Source: a candidate division WOR-3 bacterium (GTDB lineage Bacteria; Hydrothermota; Tepidihabitantia; Tepidihabitantales; Tepidihabitantaceae). From it: a stretch of 64,000 bases of DNA. This document shows, in pieces, positions 59,305-64,000 of the stretch (position 1 is the first letter of the stretch; each line of letters opens with the position of its first letter). The DNA is taken from assembly GCA_039801225.1 (NCBI GenBank), contig JBDRUH010000001.1:1767-65766 (forward strand). Direction: 5' to 3'. The notes under the pieces are model-generated. The model was not told where the DNA came from, searched no databases, and worked only from the letters and a program-made list of their open reading frames with translations. Made by a program: the position numbers and the translations under genes.

Positions 59305-60576
59305 TTAACTTTCGCTCATTGATTGCAGAAACTCTTTATTATTCCGGGTAAGACGCATCTTGTCAAGAACAAACTCCATCATCTCCACTGGGTTGAGTTC
59401 AGCAAGGAGTTTCCGGAGGACCCATATCCGGTTGAGTTCAAATTCGCTAAGCAAGAGTTCCTCCTTACGGGTCCCGGAGCGTTGGAGGTCAATCGCCGGA
59501 AAAATTCTCCGGTCCGCCAGCCGACGGTCAAGAATAAGTTCCATATTACCCGTCCCTTTGAACTCCTCAAAAATAACCTCATCCATTCTGGAGCCGGTTT
59601 CAATCAAAGCGGTGGCGATTACGGTGAGGCTGCCGCCCTCTTCAATGTTACGCGCCGAACCAAAGAACTTTTTCGGTTTCTGGAGGGCATTGGAATCAAG
59701 ACCGCCAGAAAGTGTTCGCCCAGAATGAGGCACTACCAAGTTATGAGCCCGGGCAAAGCGGGTGAGCGAATCAAGGAGAATAACCACATCATATTTATTC
59801 TCCACCAACCGCTTTGCCTTCTCTAAAACTATATCCGCCACCTGGACATGCCTCTCCGGTGCCTCATCAAATGTTGAACTCACTACCTCGGCTTTCACCG
59901 ACCGTTCCATATCGGTTACCTCTTCGGGTCGCTCGTCAATCAAAAGAATGATAAGTTTGATTTCCGGGTGATTGGCGGTGATACTATTGGCGATCTTCTG
60001 CAAAAGAACGGTTTTGCCCGCTCGCGGTGGTGAAACAATCAAACCGCGCTGTCCCTTACCGATAGGAGTGAAAAGGTCCACTACCCGCATAGAAAGGTCA
60101 TTGCGTTCTTCAACCTCCAGTCGGATGCGTTCCTGAGGATAAAGCGGGGTTAGGGCATCAAAAGGTATGCGTGGTCTTTCTTCAGAAAGGGGAATGCCAT
60201 TTATTGTCTCAATTTTCAGAAGGGCAAAGTATCGTTCACTATTTTTCGGCGGCCGTGCCAGCCCGGTTATGGTATCACCGGTCCGCAGTCCAAACTTTTT
60301 AATCTGGGAGGGAGAAACATAAATATCATCCGAAGATGGCAGGTAACTGTATTCCGGCGAACGGAGAAAACCAAAACCCTCCTCTAAGATTTCTAAAACA
60401 CCGTCTACCTGAACGCCGCCCTCTCCCCCCTCTGCGGCTCGTTCCCGTGCCTTTGCTTCCAGAATCGCCATAATCAAACCATGCTTTCTCTTTGACCGGT
60501 AATCAGGAATGTTTAATGATTCAGCGATCTCATAGAGTTCGCTTATTTTTTTACTTTTAAGTTCTTCCTGAGTCAT
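59305..60576 (-). CDS. rho: Transcription termination factor Rho
   Basis: Walker [14 protein letters not shown]- and R-loops. N-terminal OB RNA-binding domain ([17 protein letters not shown]). Confidence 0.9.
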   Translation of the reverse strand: MTQEELKSKKISELYEIAESLNIPDYRSKRKHGLIMAILEAKARERAAEGGEGGVQVDGVLEILEEGFGFLRSPEYSYLPSSDDIYVSPSQIKKFGLRTGDTITGLARPPKNSERYFALLKIETINGIPLSEERPRIPFDALTPLYPQERIRLEVEERNDLSMRVVDLFTPIGKGQRGLIVSPPRAGKTVLLQKIANSITANHPEIKLIILLIDERPEEVTDMERSVKAEVVSSTFDEAPERHVQVADIVLEKAKRLVENKYDVVILLDSLTRFARAHNLVVPHSGRTLSGGLDSNALQKPKKFFGSARNIEEGGSLTVIATALIETGSRMDEVIFEEFKGTGNMELILDRRLADRRIFPAIDLQRSGTRKEELLLSEFELNRIWVLRKLLAELNPVEMMEFVLDKMRLTRNNKEFLQSMSES

Positions 60577-60746
60577 AAGGCTCCTTTCTCTTACTTTTTA
60601 TTTTCTCCCGGTAAGGAGGTCAGATATTAACTGGAGACGCTACTCCGGGATTTTTTTGCGGTATATCTCCGGCTCAACTTCTTTAGACTAATTAATTATA
60701 GAAAAAATATTTTACCTGTCAAAGAAAACCAACATCCTCTGTGAAT

Positions 60747-62066
60747 ATTCAGCGATAATGTCATAGGGAAATTATTCAGGGAAAATGTCATATTGACAGG
60801 TTTGGGTTTATGAGAGGGATGGGGTTGTTACTATGGTGGTAGTATGGATGAAGTATTATCGTTTAATTTCAGGAGGGTCGATATGGATAGATTGCAGGTT
60901 CTTACGAGGACTTTTGATAATCTGACGGCAGCAAGCGCTGCTAAGATACTTGATCTCAGTCCGCGCCAGGTGTTCCGTCTCAAGGCGCGGCTTCGGCAAC
61001 TCGGACCGGAAGGTATAGTGCACGGCAACCGTGGTCGCACGCCGATAAACGCCAAGCCGAAGAGGCTACGCCGTTGGGTCTTATCACTCTACGAAAAGGA
61101 GTTCTCCGACCATACCATTGCTCACTTCAGTGATGTTTTGGCCGAGGAATATCACCTCAGAGTGGGCTACAGCACCCTTTGGCGGTGGTTGCATAAGGCC
61201 AATCTTGTCCTTTCCACCTACCACACTCCTTCCCACCGCCGACACCGGGAACGCCGGGCAAGGTTTGGCGAACTGCTCTTCTTGGACGGCAGCCCACACC
61301 CTTGGTTTGGACTATCACGCCCCTCCGTAACACTGATTCTGGCTACCGATGACGCCACCGGCAAGCCCCTCTACGGTCTCTTCGCCCCACAAGAGACCCT
61401 AAATGCTTGTTTTGAGGTGCTTTACCATATCTGCCGCAAATATGGCATCCCAGGCGCACTTTATCTCGACCGTGCCAGCCACTTCACTACTACCAGACAC
61501 GGCGGCATCCACCGATTTCAAAGAGACGACCAGCTCACCCACTTTGAAGTTGCCCTCAAAACACTGGCAATTGAACCTATCTTCGCCCACAGCCCGCAAG
61601 CACGAGGAAGAGGTGAACGCATCAATGGGTCGTTCCAGCGCCGACTCGTCCCAGAACTGCGCCGTAAGGGTATCACCGACATCGCCACTGCCACCAATTA
61701 TCTCAATCAGATATTCATCCCCCAATATGCCCGGAGGTTTGGCCGACCACCAAAAGACCCAAACCCCGCCTTCCACCACATACCAAATGGCACTGACTTG
61801 AGAACCATCCTCTGCGTAAAGGAGACACGCACCGTTGCTAATGATGACACTATCTCCTACAAAGGCATCACCTATCAACTCCTCCTTACCAGACAAACAC
61901 CATCCCTCGTCGGTGCGAAAATTGAAATCCAAGTCTGGTTTGACAACTCAATCCATGCCTTCTATCCTCACCTCGGTGAAATCCCTATCCGCCCTCTCCC
62001 CAAACTCACCTCAAATACCCCTATGACATTTTCGCTGAATACTTAGTATGACATTTTCGCTGAAAT
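60747..62066 (+). mobile_element. ISNCY-like insertion sequence (~1.3 kb) with the 19-bp terminal repeat present twice at each end
   Basis: Left attcagcgataatgtcata (60747-60765) and attcagggaaaatgtcata (60775-60793). Right, reverse complement of tatgacattttcgctgaat (62022-62040) and tatgacattttcgctgaaat (62047-62066). 18/19 identity as inverted repeats. Confidence 0.7.
60844..62046 (+). CDS. DDE transposase, ISNCY (IS1202-like) family, N-terminal HTH
   Basis: N-terminal HTH (AAKILDLSPRQVFRLKARL). rve-like DDE core (LFLDGSPH..., ALYLDRASHF, E in the PELRRKG region). The family call is from memory of ISNCY transposase features. Confidence 0.65.
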   Translation: MDEVLSFNFRRVDMDRLQVLTRTFDNLTAASAAKILDLSPRQVFRLKARLRQLGPEGIVHGNRGRTPINAKPKRLRRWVLSLYEKEFSDHTIAHFSDVLAEEYHLRVGYSTLWRWLHKANLVLSTYHTPSHRRHRERRARFGELLFLDGSPHPWFGLSRPSVTLILATDDATGKPLYGLFAPQETLNACFEVLYHICRKYGIPGALYLDRASHFTTTRHGGIHRFQRDDQLTHFEVALKTLAIEPIFAHSPQARGRGERINGSFQRRLVPELRRKGITDIATATNYLNQIFIPQYARRFGRPPKDPNPAFHHIPNGTDLRTILCVKETRTVANDDTISYKGITYQLLLTRQTPSLVGAKIEIQVWFDNSIHAFYPHLGEIPIRPLPKLTSNTPMTFSLNT

Positions 62067-62092
62067 TTGACATCCCCTGCACCATTTCCGTA

Positions 62093-63502
62093 TCAGCGCA
62101 GTTGAGCGCGGTATTCGTAGCGGGTGAGGATATTGGGCGAGGCAATCCAGAGATAGCGGTTATCGGCATAAAGGGCGGTAATTTCTTTATTGGGCAGTCC
62201 GTTACTCTGGTCAATGGTTGTCCAGGTGTGGCTTTTTAAATTGTAGGCGATTACTCTCTCCTGCTCACCGATAAAGAGTAGTTCTTCGGTTGCCGCCATT
62301 ACCCGAACCGGTTGGGAAAGGTCAAAGCCGGGAGGAATGAGATGGCTCCAGGTGTTGGTGGAGTCAAGTTGCAGAATCCCGCCCCGAATTCCGAAAAACG
62401 CCATCTTTTTGCTCGGGGTGATGCTGAACACCCCCCAGTCGCTTTTGGCAAATGGGTCGGTTATTCGGGTTAACCCGCTGTCATGTAAGAGAAAGAGTCC
62501 GTAGTCGGTGGCCACGAGCGTTGACTCCCGCACCAAGGCGAGGGCATTCACCCGGGTTTTGAGCCGGCTGATGTTCTGGAGTTTTCCCTCTCCAGTAAGA
62601 AAATAAAGCCCATCTTCGGTGGCTAATAAGAGGGAGTTACTGGCAAGGGGAAGCAGTGCGGTCAACTTCTCCTGGCGGTGGAGGTCAAGAAGGGGAGCGA
62701 TGAACCGCATTCGGGAAGGGGTAAGTTCACCCGGACGGTAAGAAAAGTGGTGCCAGTTGCCCGCCGAGTCAATGAGAGCCGCCCGGTTTTCTGATAGTAG
62801 CCAAAGACCTTCCTTTCTTTTGAGGACCTGCTGGATAGTCAGGTTAATCGGACCGAGTCGGAGCTCATTTTCCTTAAACCCGTAACGGAGGTTGTAGATG
62901 ATAATCCCATAATCCTGGGCAACCACGAAGAGGCGATTGTGCCTTTCCTCCACCCAGACCCTGGTGAACGGGTGGGAGATGAGTTGTTCGTCAACGACGA
63001 AATATGGGGTGAGGAATGGGAACATTTTGGGGTGAGTGGTGTCTTTCTCACCGAACCAGGTGACCGGTTCTAATACTTCTGAGACCGGTGTGTACAGGTC
63101 GGCGACTCGCTCCTTGCGAAACAGCCCGGATTCGGTATCAAAAAATGCCCCGCTGGTAGTGATACCGATGGAACGAATTTTCTTAAAAGGTGGACTGAGC
63201 CGTTGGACCCTACCCGTAATAGGAAGGTAGTGGTAAAGGGTAGATTCGGTGGCGATTAGGAGTTCATTATATGCCGGGCTAAAGGCACACAGTTTAATCT
63301 TTTCGGCGATACCATCGGCGGAAGTTAAAGTCCTTAGATGCTGGTAGCGGTGGCTATCAAAGATATAGATGCCATAGGGCACCGCAACATAAATCGCCCG
63401 GTTGCTGGTGGTGACAGAAAAGACTTCCGCCATTGAAGGATAAACAAGCCAGTAACCGGGCTCATAACTTAAAGAAAGGGCAAAAAGGAGAAGGTGAATC
63501 AC
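62093..63502 (-). CDS. Secreted beta-propeller repeat protein (two-component-regulator-propeller-like repeats)
   Basis: Signal peptide. Repeated motifs of the type GLPNKEITALYADNRYLWIASPNILTRY resemble Reg_prop repeats. Confidence 0.55.
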   Translation of the reverse strand: MIHLLLFALSLSYEPGYWLVYPSMAEVFSVTTSNRAIYVAVPYGIYIFDSHRYQHLRTLTSADGIAEKIKLCAFSPAYNELLIATESTLYHYLPITGRVQRLSPPFKKIRSIGITTSGAFFDTESGLFRKERVADLYTPVSEVLEPVTWFGEKDTTHPKMFPFLTPYFVVDEQLISHPFTRVWVEERHNRLFVVAQDYGIIIYNLRYGFKENELRLGPINLTIQQVLKRKEGLWLLSENRAALIDSAGNWHHFSYRPGELTPSRMRFIAPLLDLHRQEKLTALLPLASNSLLLATEDGLYFLTGEGKLQNISRLKTRVNALALVRESTLVATDYGLFLLHDSGLTRITDPFAKSDWGVFSITPSKKMAFFGIRGGILQLDSTNTWSHLIPPGFDLSQPVRVMAATEELLFIGEQERVIAYNLKSHTWTTIDQSNGLPNKEITALYADNRYLWIASPNILTRYEYRAQLR

Positions 63503-63511
63503 CGGGCTCTG

Positions 63512-64000
63512 TTACTGGGCTAGTAGAATTTTAGCGAGCGCCTTCGGGATGTAGTTTAAAAGGTCACCGGCGGCAAGGGAATATCCAGTTAGCTCTTCAG
63601 CACCAATGTCACCGGCGAGACCGTGAAGGAAAGTTCCGATAAGCGCGGCGTTAATCGGCGAGGCGCCCTGGGCAATAAGACCGGCTAAGAGACCGGTGAG
63701 GACATCACCGGTCCCTCCTGATGCCAGACCGGAGTTACCGGTTGGGTTGACAAACACCTGTCCGTCCGGCGTGGCGATAACCGTTGGTGCGCCTTTTAAG
63801 ACCAAGACACATTTGTGGTTAAGGGCAAACTCCCGGGCGACAGTTATCCGGTTAGCGTTGATTTCTGCCGGGTTCTTGCTGATAAGCCGGCTCAACTCAC
63901 CGGGATGAGGCGTAAGGATTAAAGGTGCCTTCACCTCTTTAAGAATTTCTATTGCCCCGGCAAGGTTGTTCAACCCGTCGGCGTCAATAACGGTGGGTTT
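63512..64000 (-). CDS. nnr: ADP-dependent NAD(P)H-hydrate dehydratase (YjeF C-terminal domain), 5' part beyond the window end
   Basis: GDVLTGLLAGLIAQGASPINAALIGTFLHGLAGD and the kinase-fold LTPHPGE motif. The open frame continues to the window edge. Confidence 0.75.
   Translation of the reverse strand, partial: KPTVIDADGLNNLAGAIEILKEVKAPLILTPHPGELSRLISKNPAEINANRITVAREFALNHKCVLVLKGAPTVIATPDGQVFVNPTGNSGLASGGTGDVLTGLLAGLIAQGASPINAALIGTFLHGLAGDIGAEELTGYSLAAGDLLNYIPKALAKILLAQ

Overview
Bacterial chromosomal window (about 50% GC, dense coding) from a diderm lineage: LolCDE, a TonB-dependent receptor and four large proteins ending in type-A T9SS C-terminal sorting domains point to the FCB group or a related candidate phylum. 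Housekeeping content is clear: grpE-dnaK-dnaJ, rpsU-(mutS2)-dnaG-rpoD, rho, rpmE, prfB with the classic programmed +1 frameshift, lysS, guaB, purM, nadB, xerC/D, fhs, apgM, hflX, tadA, four tRNAs and selA. Accessory content: an operon of two very large T9SS cargo proteins (a novel ~48-aa tandem-repeat protein plus an M6 metalloprotease with FG-GAP repeats), two further T9SS cargos (BNR/sialidase-like and C39-like cysteine peptidase-like), an ISNCY-like IS element with doubled terminal repeats, and a HicB-like antitoxin with a decayed partner. The most unusual signal is a family of short nested palindromic repeats (shared 13-30 nt cores) scattered through intergenic DNA and also sitting in-frame inside coding sequences (nadB, and the N- and C-terminal linkers of the T9SS repeat protein), much like Rickettsia palindromic elements. 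One member is a 7-nt microsatellite placed immediately upstream of a T9SS sorting domain, which could act as a phase-variation switch. Also notable: mcsA-mcsB (protein arginine kinase) in a diderm operon with lolDE/lysS/selA, a stand-alone IMP cyclohydrolase domain (PurH N-terminal half only), and a 1-kb ORF-poor decayed region after fhs.
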